From an uncultured Candidatus Saccharibacteria bacterium (lineage in GTDB: Bacteria > Patescibacteriota > Minisyncoccia > Phycocordibacterales > UBA2100), in contig CAZELA010000003.1 in assembly GCA_964512835.1 (NCBI GenBank), forward strand, positions 15,516-79,515: a DNA stretch of 64,000 bases, in the 5' to 3' direction. The notes under the pieces are model-generated. The model did no database searches, was not told the DNA's origin, and worked only from the letters and a program-made list of their open reading frames with translations. Of this stretch, positions 28,816 through 39,002 are shown one piece after another (within the stretch, counting starts at the first letter, position 1; each line of letters starts with the position of its first letter). Position numbers and translations under genes: made by a program.

Positions 28816-30495
28816 TTACATCTTTTCGGGCGCCGGGATACCGAGTATCCAAAGACCGTTCGTGAGTGTCCGCCTGACAGCATTCACCACTGCGACTTTA
28901 TGTGCAGCTGCCGGAGTACCGTCGAGAATCTGCTCCTGCGCATACCAACTGTTGTAGGCTGCGGCGAGTTGGGTCAGATACGTCGTTACGATATGCGGCT
29001 CCATAAGCGCCGCAGCCTGTTCGATGACTTCCGGAAAACGATGTACAAGTCGCGTCACCTCTGTCGGCACGACGCTCGGATCAACCGCTATCGCAACACC
29101 CTCGTTTGCAGCACGCTCGACTATCTGGTGAGCTCGCGCGTGGGCATACTGCAGGTACGGACCGGAATCCCCCTCGAGCGAGAGCGCCTGTTCGCGGTCA
29201 AAGATAATATCTTTGTTCGTAGCCTGTTTGAGTATCTGGAATTTAATTGCCGCAACCGCGACGTGCTCTGCAAGTAACTCTTTATTATCGGCGCGGCTTT
29301 CGGTGGCACGCGCGGTCGCCGCGTCTTTAAGATCATTAATGAGCGATTCACCGGTCACAACCGAACCCGTACGCGATGACATCTTCCCTTCCGGTAACCG
29401 CATCATGCCGTGTGCGACGTGCAGCAACTTTGCAGCAACCTCCGGGTACACGACCTCCATGGCCTTTTTGAGGACGCGAAAATACTCTGTTATCTCGTTT
29501 GCGGTGACGATCACAAACATGCGCGAAGTCGGAAACTCATCCTGCTTCAGTTTTTCGAGCCCCAGCTCTTTTGCCTCGTATGTCGGCAACCCTTTGCTAT
29601 TAATAAATACACGCGTATGCAGTCCGTACTCCTCGCCCTTGAATACCCGGGCGCCGTCGGACTCGGGAAAGGCCTCAGGATGCGAAAGTACGATCTCTTT
29701 CCCTATTGGACCTGTCTCACTTTCGAAATAGTAGCGGTCGAATTTCGTTCCGAGGATTGTATACAACTTTTCGAACGCCGCGAGAGAACCCGCACGACCC
29801 GTGTCGTAAAGCTCATTGAGCGCAGCATCACTTCGCTCATACAGTTTTCGATTGATGTCGTCGATCTCCGCCTTGGCAGACTCCGCTTCTTTGTATGCGG
29901 TCGCACCTTCAGCATATGCCCGACCGAATTCGTCAGCGGATTCGGGATGAATGCCAAGCTTGCGTATGCCCCAGATCGCACACGCGACATGTACACCGAG
30001 GTCGCCCTGGTAGTTGGCGCGCGAGACCGATGTGCCCGAAAAGTCGGTAAGTCGCGCGAGCGACTCGCCGATGGTGTTACTCATGAGGTGGCCGATATGG
30101 AACGCTTTAAACGGATTCGGGTCCGTGTATTCAAACAGAATATGTGTGCCGGTCGGGAGGTTGCGTCCCCACCCCTCACCTGCGGCCTCTGCGACGGACG
30201 CAGCTATTTCGGAGGCAGACAGCACAAAATTAATGAACCCCGGGCCTGCAATCTCGATCCTGTCGACGCCGGCAATATCCCCGAGCGATGCGACCAGCTT
30301 TTCCGCAAGCTCCCGCGGCGGTATTCCGGCCTGTTTTGCATAGCGCATCGCCGTGCCGGTTGCGTAATCGCCATGCTCGAGAGCGAGCGGGTATTCAAGC
30401 TTGATATCACTCTCCGACACCTCTATACCCTGTAGGGTAAGCGCCGCTGCAAGCGCAGCGCGAAGTCGGTTCGATACCGCGTCAGGATTCAACAT
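28816..30495 (-). CDS. argS: Arginyl-tRNA synthetase
   Basis: ArgRS N-terminal add-1 domain, catalytic core and DALR anticodon-binding domain ('...MEPHIVTTYLTQLAAAYNSWY'). Start set at MLNPDAV. Confidence 0.95.
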   Translation of the reverse strand: MLNPDAVSNRLRAALAAALTLQGIEVSESDIKLEYPLALEHGDYATGTAMRYAKQAGIPPRELAEKLVASLGDIAGVDRIEIAGPGFINFVLSASEIAASVAEAAGEGWGRNLPTGTHILFEYTDPNPFKAFHIGHLMSNTIGESLARLTDFSGTSVSRANYQGDLGVHVACAIWGIRKLGIHPESADEFGRAYAEGATAYKEAESAKAEIDDINRKLYERSDAALNELYDTGRAGSLAAFEKLYTILGTKFDRYYFESETGPIGKEIVLSHPEAFPESDGARVFKGEEYGLHTRVFINSKGLPTYEAKELGLEKLKQDEFPTSRMFVIVTANEITEYFRVLKKAMEVVYPEVAAKLLHVAHGMMRLPEGKMSSRTGSVVTGESLINDLKDAATARATESRADNKELLAEHVAVAAIKFQILKQATNKDIIFDREQALSLEGDSGPYLQYAHARAHQIVERAANEGVAIAVDPSVVPTEVTRLVHRFPEVIEQAAALMEPHIVTTYLTQLAAAYNSWYAQEQILDGTPAAAHKVAVVNAVRRTLTNGLWILGIPAPEKM

Positions 30496-30509
30496 GCGCA
30501 GATTGTACC

Positions 30510-31145
30510 TTAGCTGGCAGAGATCGCGTCCCAGACACGTTCGTGGATCACCTTCGGCGACTCGCCCGCTTTGCATTCGATGGTTCGCCACGTCCGGTCT
30601 TTTGAGAGCTTGCCGTACACTTCGGCAACCGCTCGCTGGTATTCGGCATCTGATTCGTGTTGATCAAGCTCCCGGCCGGAATCATCCATATGCTCCTTCG
30701 CTAATTTTTGTGACACCTTGAGGTAGATAACAAGATGCGGCTTCGGCAGGCCTGCTTCTCCATACATGAGATTCTGAACGAACGTGATGAATTTCCCGCG
30801 CGCCGCGCCCTCGAGCTTTGCACCATGAAATGCCATCGTTGAAGGAACGTAGCGATCAGCGACCACCATGCCCATTTTGAGCGCCGCCACGAGCGAGTCT
30901 TTTGTCGTCGCAAAATCCAACAGGTACGGGAGGCCGGAGAAATAGGGCGACAAATGGCGAAAGTCTCCGTGTTTGCCGTGGAGTGCGTCCTTGATGAGCT
31001 TACCGATCGGCTTTTCGTAGCGTGGTGAATGTGTCGAGGTCACATGGTGCCCCTGCTTCTTCAGACGATCCGCGAGCATCTTTGCCTGCGTTGCCTTGCC
31101 GGCACCGTCTATCCCCTCAAACACTATAAGAGTGTTCGTTCTCAT
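30510..31145 (-). CDS. tmk: Thymidylate kinase
   Basis: 'IVFEGIDGAGKAT' P-loop and dTMP kinase conservation. Confidence 0.95.
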   Translation of the reverse strand: MRTNTLIVFEGIDGAGKATQAKMLADRLKKQGHHVTSTHSPRYEKPIGKLIKDALHGKHGDFRHLSPYFSGLPYLLDFATTKDSLVAALKMGMVVADRYVPSTMAFHGAKLEGAARGKFITFVQNLMYGEAGLPKPHLVIYLKVSQKLAKEHMDDSGRELDQHESDAEYQRAVAEVYGKLSKDRTWRTIECKAGESPKVIHERVWDAISAS

Positions 31146-31221
31146 GCGGGCAGTATTCCCTTACAACCCTTAAAAAGCAACAGCCCCTCATATGAGGGGC
31201 TGTTGCGGTTTTTTGGTCGGA

Positions 31222-31650
31222 TTACTTGGAATCAACGTCGACTCCCATAGAGCGGGCAGTTCCGGCGATGATCTTCTTTGCGTGATCGAGATCAAGCGCA
31301 TTGAGGTCTTCCATCTTTTCGTTTGCGATATCCTCGAGCTGCTTCTGGGAGAGCTTCGCGATCTTGGTTGAGTGCGGCTTGTCAGAACCCTTCTCCTTGC
31401 CGATCGCCTTCAAGACGAGGCGCGAGGCCGGCGGCTTCTTGATGATGAACGAGAACGTTCGGTCCTTGTATACATTCATGACAACCGGGAGGATCGAGCC
31501 GGCCATAGCTCGGGTCTGGTTGTTGAACTGATTCACGAACTCGCCGATATTCACGCCGGCAGGGCCGAGCGCAGTACCGACAGGCGGAGCAGGCGTCGCA
31601 GCACCGGCTGCGATCTGCAATTTGATGATCTTTGTGATTTCCTTTGCCAT
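31222..31650 (-). CDS. rplK: 50S ribosomal protein L11
   Basis: '[35 protein letters not shown]' canonical L11. Confidence 0.97.
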   Translation of the reverse strand: MAKEITKIIKLQIAAGAATPAPPVGTALGPAGVNIGEFVNQFNNQTRAMAGSILPVVMNVYKDRTFSFIIKKPPASRLVLKAIGKEKGSDKPHSTKIAKLSQKQLEDIANEKMEDLNALDLDHAKKIIAGTARSMGVDVDSK

Positions 31651-31703
31651 ATCTAGTGACGCGGACTATACCCTTTTTATTTCTATATTTCAAGTTTTAT
31701 GGA

Positions 31704-31740
31704 AAATGCCCCGGACTCGTGTCCGGGGCACTGTTTTGGA
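31704..31740 (-). terminator. Terminator (GCCCCGGAC-acga-GTCCGGGGC plus TTTTCC on the minus strand) between the GC-rich membrane gene and rplK
   Basis: Read from the sequence. Confidence 0.6.
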
Positions 31741-31767
31741 AAGAACGGAACAGGATCGGGGGTGTGC

Positions 31768-32694
31768 TTACTGCGACCCCTCGAACTGCTTGGAGACCCC
31801 GCGACGAGCCCAGGCCCGGAGCGGCGCATCGAGGGCGACATTGAAGATGTCCTCGATGAACTTGCCGAACAGGTAGTTGATCGCGCGGAACGGCCAGTTG
31901 AAGACCCAGGCGACGTAGAGCGTAGTCACGTCGACATGCTCCTGGATGCTCGTGCCGATGCCGGCGTAGTACGTCTCGTGCTTGCGGACGAACTCCGCCC
32001 ACGGGGCGGCGAGTGCCTGGAGACGATAGTTCTTGAGATCGTCGTCGGACTTCGGCAAGGCGTCAGCCTCGGCACGCGCCGCGGCATCGAGCTTGGTCCA
32101 CACGTTGTCGTAGAGCTCGGACCGGCCGTACTTCTTCTTGTCACGCACCGACCTGAGCCAGTCGACGCGGGCATTGTTCCGGCGAACGACGCGCTCCTTG
32201 GCGAGCGCCACGGTCTTCGACTGCGCCGAAAACACGCCGACGATCAGACACGCGATGATGATCGCGCCGAACGCAGCGGCCTTGGCCCAGAATGAGACCA
32301 TGCCGAAGGCTTCGAGCCAGCGGAAGAAGCCGAGGGTGTACAGCATCGCACCGACAAAGGCGCAGATGCCGACGAGGTACGCGGCGACCTGCCAGATGGT
32401 CTCGCGGGTCCTGCCGGTGCGCTCGTCGTCTTCGACGAAGCATTTGCCCAGGCTGACGGCCACGAAGATGCTCGTCACGACGAGCGCGATGACTTCGATA
32501 GCGAACCAGAACCCGGTGGCCGCGAAGACCTTATCGGGACTCGGCGACAACGCGAAGCATGCGACCAGCACGATCGCGAGCCACAGAAATCCTTCCCTCA
32601 CGATCGAGATCGCCGAAACGACCACGAGCATCAAGAGAAAGATCGGAAGCGGAATCCACGCGAGCGGCGCGAGGACAAATTCGAACACCCACAT
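31768..32694 (-). CDS. Hypothetical 6-TM membrane protein with a soluble C-terminal domain; markedly GC-rich
   Basis: 308-aa ORF with ~65% GC codon usage (GCG/GGC/CGC-rich) against ~56% in flanking nusG and rplK. It carries its own terminator. No family recognised. Confidence 0.6.
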   Translation of the reverse strand: MWVFEFVLAPLAWIPLPIFLLMLVVVSAISIVREGFLWLAIVLVACFALSPSPDKVFAATGFWFAIEVIALVVTSIFVAVSLGKCFVEDDERTGRTRETIWQVAAYLVGICAFVGAMLYTLGFFRWLEAFGMVSFWAKAAAFGAIIIACLIVGVFSAQSKTVALAKERVVRRNNARVDWLRSVRDKKKYGRSELYDNVWTKLDAAARAEADALPKSDDDLKNYRLQALAAPWAEFVRKHETYYAGIGTSIQEHVDVTTLYVAWVFNWPFRAINYLFGKFIEDIFNVALDAPLRAWARRGVSKQFEGSQ

Positions 32695-32878
32695 CGTCTT
32701 CTCCTATAATGGAATGATCAGTCACAAACGAGGACCCCGCGAATACGGTGACCCTGCGTGACGGCTTAAAATGGCACGCCAACACGATGCTGTCAACGGA
32801 TACCACGCACCGTTTCTGCACCACATACACAAACGACCGGTCACGTGACCGGTCGTTCGTGTTTTATATACGTTCGGA

Positions 32879-33424
32879 TTATACGCGCTGTACCTGATCC
32901 GCCTCGAGCTCCACCGGAGTCTCTCGACCGAACATCGGGACGAGCACCTTCACCTTTCCGCGCTCTTCGTCGATCTCCCCCACCTTTCCTTCGAGGTCCT
33001 TGAACGGGCCGTCGATAATGACGACTGCGTCACCCTCACCGAGGTCGATCGCGTGTCGGACGACATCGCCGTCTGTTCGCTTGAGGATCTTTTCGACTTC
33101 TGACGGTTCGAGCGGAACTGCCTGGTTGGCGGTGCCGACAAAGCCGGTAACCTGCGGGGTATTTCGCACGACGCTCCAGGCATCGTCCGTGGCCACCATG
33201 TCCACGAGGACATAGCCCGGGAAAATCTTTTCCTTGGTCTCCGTGCGGCGACCGTTCTTGATCTTGATTTTCTTTTCGGTCGGAACAACCACATTAAAGA
33301 TGCGGTCACCCATGCCGAAAGATTCGACGCGCTGTCGGAGGTTTCGCGCAACCGCGTCCTCGTAACCGGAGTACGTGTGTACCGCGTACCACTGTCGCTC
33401 CGTTCCGTATGTCTGTTTTGCCAT
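32879..33424 (-). CDS. nusG: Transcription termination/antitermination factor NusG
   Basis: NGN domain 'WYAVHTYSGYE' and C-terminal KOW motif. Confidence 0.95.
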   Translation of the reverse strand: MAKQTYGTERQWYAVHTYSGYEDAVARNLRQRVESFGMGDRIFNVVVPTEKKIKIKNGRRTETKEKIFPGYVLVDMVATDDAWSVVRNTPQVTGFVGTANQAVPLEPSEVEKILKRTDGDVVRHAIDLGEGDAVVIIDGPFKDLEGKVGEIDEERGKVKVLVPMFGRETPVELEADQVQRV

Positions 33425-33464
33425 GACGAAAATGATTACTGATTAATATAGTGTAAGCCTTGTG

Positions 33465-33743
33465 TTAGTTGTCGCCCGGGAGATCAAGCTTGATCGTGGT
33501 CGATGTTGCGGTCGATGTAGCTGTTGGAGCTGCTTCCTGCTGTACTTCGATGGGAGCGCGCTGCACGCCGGCAAGACGAGCGAGCGTAGAGGTAAAGATG
33601 AAATCAAACAGACCCAAGTAGAGCGCAATGAAAAGCGAGATCGCGATCACGAGCACCGTATACACGATGGTCTGGGTTCGCGTCGGCCACGCAACATGAC
33701 GGAGTTCTGCCTGCGTTTCCTGAAAGTAGCTGAATACGGACAT
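33465..33743 (-). CDS. secE: Preprotein translocase subunit SecE
   Basis: Single C-terminal TM helix 'IVYTVLVIAISLFIALYLGLFDFIF' and position directly upstream of nusG. Confidence 0.8.
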   Translation of the reverse strand: MSVFSYFQETQAELRHVAWPTRTQTIVYTVLVIAISLFIALYLGLFDFIFTSTLARLAGVQRAPIEVQQEAAPTATSTATSTTIKLDLPGDN

Positions 33744-33863
33744 ACGGTTTTTGGCTTAAATAGTGTGCTTTTTAGGCATTTTTAAAACGCCGGGCGGCGT
33801 TTATTGAATAATACCTTTCAGAGACGTGAAGTCAAGGCGACCCTTTCGGGCCGCCTGAACCGT

Positions 33864-34154
33864 CTATTTGACCGTTGTGAGAAATTTCACGAGGGCTTTT
33901 GCCTGAGGATTCTTCGAAATCGCATAGCACATCATGCGCCCCGATTTCTGAGACACAACGATATCCGCGCCGGCGAGGACCGCCAACTGGTGACTTACCG
34001 CCGAGTGGGTCATGTCGAGCTCCCCTGCAATATCCTGCACAGCAAGCTGCTTGTGTCGGGATAGTACGAAGAGAATCGAAGCCCTCGTCGAGCTGGCGGC
34101 AAGTTTTAACAATCGCGCAGCCTGTGCAGCGCGCTTACGTTCTACAGTGCTCAT
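33864..34154 (-). CDS. ArsR/SmtB-family transcriptional regulator
   Basis: 'RASILFVLSRHKQLAVQDIAGELDMTHSAVSHQLAVL' HTH region; 96 aa. Confidence 0.85.
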   Translation of the reverse strand: MSTVERKRAAQAARLLKLAASSTRASILFVLSRHKQLAVQDIAGELDMTHSAVSHQLAVLAGADIVVSQKSGRMMCYAISKNPQAKALVKFLTTVK

Positions 34155-34158
34155 ATGT

Positions 34159-34974
34159 TTATCGGATCTCGTACGTGATGTTCACGTTAGAGGTTATTTT
34201 GTTCTGACCTACAGGAAGTTCAGGTGAAGGTGCGGCTTCTGCCTTTGCAAAGTTCCCCGCATCCATAGCCATCATCGCACCGCGCGCATAATAGGGCTGC
34301 GCGGTATTCTCGCTGAATCCGACGATGCGGACAATCGATACCCCGAGAGACGATGCGAGCTTATCCGCCTTTTCGCGCGCATCCGTGATCGCCTTGTCGC
34401 GAGCATCCGCTTCAAGCTGGTCCTGATCGTCGATGGTAAACGAAAGTCCGGAGACCGATGATGCCCCCTTTGAACCGACACCGGAGAGCAGATCGCCTGC
34501 CTTGTCGGTATCTTTCACTTTAACGGACAGCGTCTGGGTGACCTCGAACCCGACGAGTGTCTGCTTACCCGGCTGACAGTAGCCGGATGTGCACGATCCG
34601 TTTGTGTACTCGTATTGCGGGTTCACATTGTAATCAGCGGTCTGGATGTCCTTGTCCTCTACCCCCTCGCTCTTCAGATACGCGATAATGTCATTATTCT
34701 TCTTCGTTGCCGCAGTCTGTGCGGTCGCAACATCTTTAGCGCGCTCCTGGACTGTTACCGAGAAGGTTGCCGTGTCCGGAACTGCGAATACCTCACCCTC
34801 GCCGGTAATACTGATCGTATTGCTTGCGGAGACGCCGCTGCCCACATACCGCATACTCTTGAACACATACAGAGTCGACGCAATTAAAAACAGCGACAGC
34901 ATGATGAGTGCAAGGCCTCCTGCCATTTTCATCCGGTAAGTCGTTCGTGCGATGTCCTGTTCCGTGGGGTTCAT
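34159..34974 (-). CDS. SIMPL-domain (DUF541, BP26/OMP28-like) protein with an N-terminal membrane anchor
   Basis: 'ISITGEGEVFAVPDTATFSVTV...' start of the SIMPL domain and '...ITSNVNITYEI' end; one TM. Confidence 0.8.
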   Translation of the reverse strand: MNPTEQDIARTTYRMKMAGGLALIMLSLFLIASTLYVFKSMRYVGSGVSASNTISITGEGEVFAVPDTATFSVTVQERAKDVATAQTAATKKNNDIIAYLKSEGVEDKDIQTADYNVNPQYEYTNGSCTSGYCQPGKQTLVGFEVTQTLSVKVKDTDKAGDLLSGVGSKGASSVSGLSFTIDDQDQLEADARDKAITDAREKADKLASSLGVSIVRIVGFSENTAQPYYARGAMMAMDAGNFAKAEAAPSPELPVGQNKITSNVNITYEIR

Positions 34975-35037
34975 AACAATATGAAAAGTCGATTAATTGC
35001 ACACATAATATCATCAGACGCAGCGGAACTGCGCTCC

Positions 35038-35244
35038 TTACAGGTCGTACATCGCGGAGACGTCGCTATAACTCGACAGGAACGACGGTATCGCAAAGAA
35101 CAGCCCTATGAGCGGCAGTACGAATGCGATCGCGGAGACAATAAGAACCGTCAAGAAATATTTGCGGGTTTTTTCGACAGATACATACACAGCGTCGATT
35201 TTCTTCTCGATCGCATCGATCCTATTCTTGAGATCCTGATCCAT
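35038..35244 (-). CDS. Small membrane protein (68 aa)
   Basis: Single TM 'VLIVSAIAFVLPLIGLFFAI'. Coding status uncertain. Confidence 0.4.
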   Translation of the reverse strand: MDQDLKNRIDAIEKKIDAVYVSVEKTRKYFLTVLIVSAIAFVLPLIGLFFAIPSFLSSYSDVSAMYDL

Positions 35245-35257
35245 ACCAGCGAGTATA

Positions 35258-35953
35258 TCAGCCCGAGCGGGGTCCCCCGGTGTCGATCAGAAAGAGTTCG
35301 TACTCACGCTCGAATGCCCAGAGCGCAACACGATAAATACAGTACGTGATACAGAAAGCCGACGCGACATCGATCGAGTAATGAATGTGTCCCAGGAGCA
35401 CAATCACAACGAAGTACAGCGATGAAGCAAGGAAGAATGTTCGTATCCACGGGATCCGCCAGAACGCGAGCGCACCCAAAAAAGTCATCCCGGTGTGTCC
35501 GGAAAAGAACTGATCTGATCCGAAGAATGCATCGGTAATGGTGGCGCCGAAGTCGCTCGCATAACGCGCCTCCGGCGGTCCGAGGTGTGTGAGCAGCGTG
35601 AACCCGGAGCGGACGAGAATGAAGAGCGTCACCCCGTGCACGACGAACGGGATGCTCCGCGGTCGGGCAAGCACGATAAGGACAGCGATCACCAGGATCG
35701 TAAAGGTGCCGTTTACGAAGAGGCCGTCGACCTCGCGCGCGGGAAAGTTTGAAAGAATAAGATCGGTTACGCGCGCACCCGCTTCTGCCGTTGCCTGATC
35801 GATCGCCCAAAAATTCACATAGAGCGCCCCGCACAAAACCACGACCGATATCAGCAGAAGTGCAGAGTACCCCGGGGTACGAAATGCTGCGGCATATTCC
35901 GAACCGATGCGACGCAGATTGAACCACTCGCGTATGGTGGGCGACTCGTTCAT
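35258..35953 (-). CDS. PAP2-superfamily membrane phosphatase
   Basis: 'FFSGHTGMTF' and 'GHIHYSIDV' PAP2 motifs 2 and 3. Start set at MNESPTI. An alternative-frame ORF 35304..36041 was rejected. Confidence 0.75.
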   Translation of the reverse strand: MNESPTIREWFNLRRIGSEYAAAFRTPGYSALLLISVVVLCGALYVNFWAIDQATAEAGARVTDLILSNFPAREVDGLFVNGTFTILVIAVLIVLARPRSIPFVVHGVTLFILVRSGFTLLTHLGPPEARYASDFGATITDAFFGSDQFFSGHTGMTFLGALAFWRIPWIRTFFLASSLYFVVIVLLGHIHYSIDVASAFCITYCIYRVALWAFEREYELFLIDTGGPRSG

Positions 35954-36006
35954 GCGGTGAGTATACGCGCAGCGCCTTGCGCGCGGCAAATAGGTATACT
36001 GCCCCC

Positions 36007-36597
36007 ATGGATCCGGCTGCACTTATCGATATTCTTCTCACGTATCGTTACTGGGTACTTCTGCCGCTCGCTATCGTCGAAGGACCGATGCTCGCATTCG
36101 CATGCGGTGTTCTCATCTCGCTCGGATACCTGTCAGCGCCACTGACGCTGATCATCCTTGTCATCGGAGACATCATCCCCGACACCATCTTCTATACTCT
36201 CGGACGATTCTGGAGCGACCGGCCGTTCGTGAAGCGGTTGGCGGCACGCATCGGTGTTACCGACGGACATTTTACCGACGCACAGTCGCTCTGGCACGAA
36301 CATCCGGGCAAGACCATGCTCATGAGTAAGTTCGCCTACGGCATATCGTCGGCGTTCCTGTTTATGGCCGGACTCATGCGAATGTCTGCGAGTCGGTTCT
36401 ACGGGTACTCCGTCTCGATATCATTCGCTCATTACATAGTCATCATGACCGCAGGTTTCTACTTCGGGGCGTCACTCATCGCAGCCGGCGAGATCGTCCG
36501 CATCATTGAATACGGCATCGCGGGACTCGCGGTACTTATATCCGCATATGTCACGATCATGTGGTACATGCGAAAATCGTTCCCCTCGCTTCCCTAG
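36007..36597 (+). CDS. DedA/VTT-domain (SNARE-associated) membrane protein
   Basis: 'LPLAIVEGPMLAFACGVL' motif and ~200-aa 4-5 TM architecture. Start set at MDPAAL. Confidence 0.75.
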   Translation: MDPAALIDILLTYRYWVLLPLAIVEGPMLAFACGVLISLGYLSAPLTLIILVIGDIIPDTIFYTLGRFWSDRPFVKRLAARIGVTDGHFTDAQSLWHEHPGKTMLMSKFAYGISSAFLFMAGLMRMSASRFYGYSVSISFAHYIVIMTAGFYFGASLIAAGEIVRIIEYGIAGLAVLISAYVTIMWYMRKSFPSLP

Positions 36598-36611
36598 CAT
36601 TACGAACCCGT

Positions 36612-37742
36612 ATGAAAATTGCGATCTGTACCGATATGTATGCGCCCCAGCTCGGAGGCGTCGCGGATTCAGTGCTGCTTCAGGCGCGCGGTCTGCGCGC
36701 ACTCGGTCATGATGTACACATTTTCGCGGCGCATATGCGCGGCGAAACCCCCGACCCGGAGGTTACGCGATTCCGCTCGGTGGAACTCTTCGGCGGCACG
36801 TTTTGCATCGTCTCGCCGTTCGGGATACGCGGAGCGATACTCGAATACAAACCCGATGTAGTACACGCACACTCCTTCGGAACGATCGGATTGGTCGCCC
36901 GGTATACGGCCAAGAAACACACCATCCCGTCGGTCGCAACTATTCATGGTTCTCCGGTCGATTATTTACATTACTTCGGAATCGACCTAAAACCGTTCAG
37001 GTATCTGGCACTTCGTTTTGTTGCCTGGTTCTTCAGCGGCTTCACCGTTGTGACCGCGGTCTCGTCGCAGTCGATGGATCTCTTGCTGCACGCCGGCTTA
37101 CGCCGTGTACGTACGACCGTTATCTCAAACGCCGTCGACGACCGTTTATTCCGACACGTAGAAGACAAACAGGACCTCCGGGAGCGGATCGGTATAGACC
37201 ATAAGGCCGTGCTCGTATTCGGTCGGCTCGCAAAAGAAAAAAATCTGGACGCCGCTCTCACAATCTTTGCGGATGTGCACAAGCGGACGAACGCATCGCT
37301 CGTCATTGTCGGCGACGGACCGGAACGCGACCATCTGGAGTTACGTGCCCGCACGCTCGGTATCGCCGAACACACGTTCTTTATGGGCCGACTTTCGGGA
37401 GAGAATCTGGTAAGTACGATCAATGCGTGCAGCGTTATGCTCATCACCAGCCGTACCGAAGCTCAGCCGATGACGATTCTCCAGGCAAATTTATGCGGTG
37501 TGCCGGTGGTCGGCGCCCGCGCAGGCGGGATCCCCGAGAGCATCAATGACGAAGTGACCGGTTACGTGGTCGACGGCGACGACCATGGCGCGTTTTCTGA
37601 CCGAATATCTCGCCTCCTTTCAGACACAGAACTCAACGCTTCCATGAGCGCCGAGGCGATCGCGTTCGCTCGGCATCATGAACCTGCGGGGGTGGCACTC
37701 ACATGGGAGCGGCTCTATCGCACACTTCCCGGTGTTCTATAA
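36612..37742 (+). CDS. Glycosyltransferase family 4 (GT-B)
   Basis: N-terminal 'MKIAICTDMYAPQLGGV' and C-terminal 'E(x7)E'-region 'TSRTEAQPMTILQANLCGVPVVGARAGGIPE'. Confidence 0.88.
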   Translation: MKIAICTDMYAPQLGGVADSVLLQARGLRALGHDVHIFAAHMRGETPDPEVTRFRSVELFGGTFCIVSPFGIRGAILEYKPDVVHAHSFGTIGLVARYTAKKHTIPSVATIHGSPVDYLHYFGIDLKPFRYLALRFVAWFFSGFTVVTAVSSQSMDLLLHAGLRRVRTTVISNAVDDRLFRHVEDKQDLRERIGIDHKAVLVFGRLAKEKNLDAALTIFADVHKRTNASLVIVGDGPERDHLELRARTLGIAEHTFFMGRLSGENLVSTINACSVMLITSRTEAQPMTILQANLCGVPVVGARAGGIPESINDEVTGYVVDGDDHGAFSDRISRLLSDTELNASMSAEAIAFARHHEPAGVALTWERLYRTLPGVL

Positions 37743-37751
37743 GAGAGAAAC

Positions 37752-38261
37752 CTATTCGTGCCGATACATCGGTCGAACAAGCATAAGATAGACATTGGCG
37801 AGCAAGAAAAGTATTGCAAGTGTCCATGCCGACGCCTGTGCGCTACCCGTGAGCGCGATGCCGAGAACACAGACACCAAGGAGCGTTCCGGCCAGATCGA
37901 TTGCGATTTTTTTGCGTACCGTGCGATCGTACGGGGTCTTCCCCAGCATGTGCACGTATTTGATAGGTGCAAGTGTGAAAATGACGACCACACAGTACGG
38001 AAACAGAATCGATGTACCGAGCGATACCGCAAGCATCAGATACGAACAAAGGAGTACGCCATCAAGCGCACGCTGAAATAGCGATGCGGGAGTAAATGCA
38101 CTGAAGAAGCGTATTGAGAAATATGTATTCATACAGAGCACTGCGTAAAAGATCGTCTGTGGGACGATGAGGGCCGTATCGGTAGCATGAAAGAGAACGG
38201 ACCACGCACCGCAGGCCGCAAGGCAGTACGTTGCGATAAACGCGCGCATCGTGGGATTCAT
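37752..38261 (-). CDS. Hypothetical polytopic membrane protein (169 aa)
   Basis: 5 predicted TM helices; lies between two glycosyltransferase genes. Confidence 0.5.
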   Translation of the reverse strand: MNPTMRAFIATYCLAACGAWSVLFHATDTALIVPQTIFYAVLCMNTYFSIRFFSAFTPASLFQRALDGVLLCSYLMLAVSLGTSILFPYCVVVIFTLAPIKYVHMLGKTPYDRTVRKKIAIDLAGTLLGVCVLGIALTGSAQASAWTLAILFLLANVYLMLVRPMYRHE

Positions 38262-38270
38262 ACGGTTCGA

Positions 38271-38987
38271 TCAGCGAATATCGGTGTATTGCTGATGGTA
38301 TGGCCGGTCGAACAAAACCGGCCACGCGTAGTTCATAACGTAGTGCATATTCGTGCGGAAATACCCCTCCTTCACGAAACGTCGCGCCGAAGTCAGTCCG
38401 GAAAACCGCATGTTGAAAACCGTCTTTCCCTGTTCGCTCAGTCGTTTCGCCAACGTCATATCCTCACCGTAAAACTGCACGTTCGGATCAAACCCGCCGA
38501 TCGCATTGATCGCAGTTCGCGTGACAATGAAATTACCCCCGAGCACCATATACCCCACCATACGGTACATAACCGGCGCAGTGAGCCACCACCCGACCGC
38601 AAGTGTCGCGTTCCACGCGACATTCGGCGCATCGTAGTAGTACACCGGACCGCTCCACGAAACAGCATCCGGGTACTTTGCTATCAGCGCCGCCGCTTTT
38701 TCGCACCAGTCCGGATCGAGTCTGGAGTCGCCGTCCATGTATGCAACATATGCCGCAGTAGTTGATTCAAGGCCGGTCTGTCTCGCCCGTGTAAGACCCT
38801 TGCGATGTTCACTGACGACGCGCACCCCTGCGTACTGCGAAGCAATCGCGCCCGTACCGTCGGTGGATGCATTATCGACCACCACAATCTCCTTGAACCT
38901 CCCGCGCCCGTATGTAAGGACGGACTCTAGGCAGGGTCCGATGAACTCTTTTTCGTTGTGCGCCGGTATCACGAGTGCGATCTCCAT
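38271..38987 (-). CDS. Glycosyltransferase family 2 (polyprenyl-phosphate sugar synthase-like)
   Basis: 'VIPAHNE', 'VVDNASTDGT', 'MDGDS' (DxD) GT-A motifs. Confidence 0.88.
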   Translation of the reverse strand: MEIALVIPAHNEKEFIGPCLESVLTYGRGRFKEIVVVDNASTDGTGAIASQYAGVRVVSEHRKGLTRARQTGLESTTAAYVAYMDGDSRLDPDWCEKAAALIAKYPDAVSWSGPVYYYDAPNVAWNATLAVGWWLTAPVMYRMVGYMVLGGNFIVTRTAINAIGGFDPNVQFYGEDMTLAKRLSEQGKTVFNMRFSGLTSARRFVKEGYFRTNMHYVMNYAWPVLFDRPYHQQYTDIR

Positions 38988-39002
38988 ACCGTCATTCGAT
39001 AT

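Noticed and set aside
35304-36041. 245-aa minus-strand ORF in an alternative frame
   Set aside because: It overlaps the PAP2 gene, whose frame carries the conserved SGH / HxxxD phosphatase motifs.
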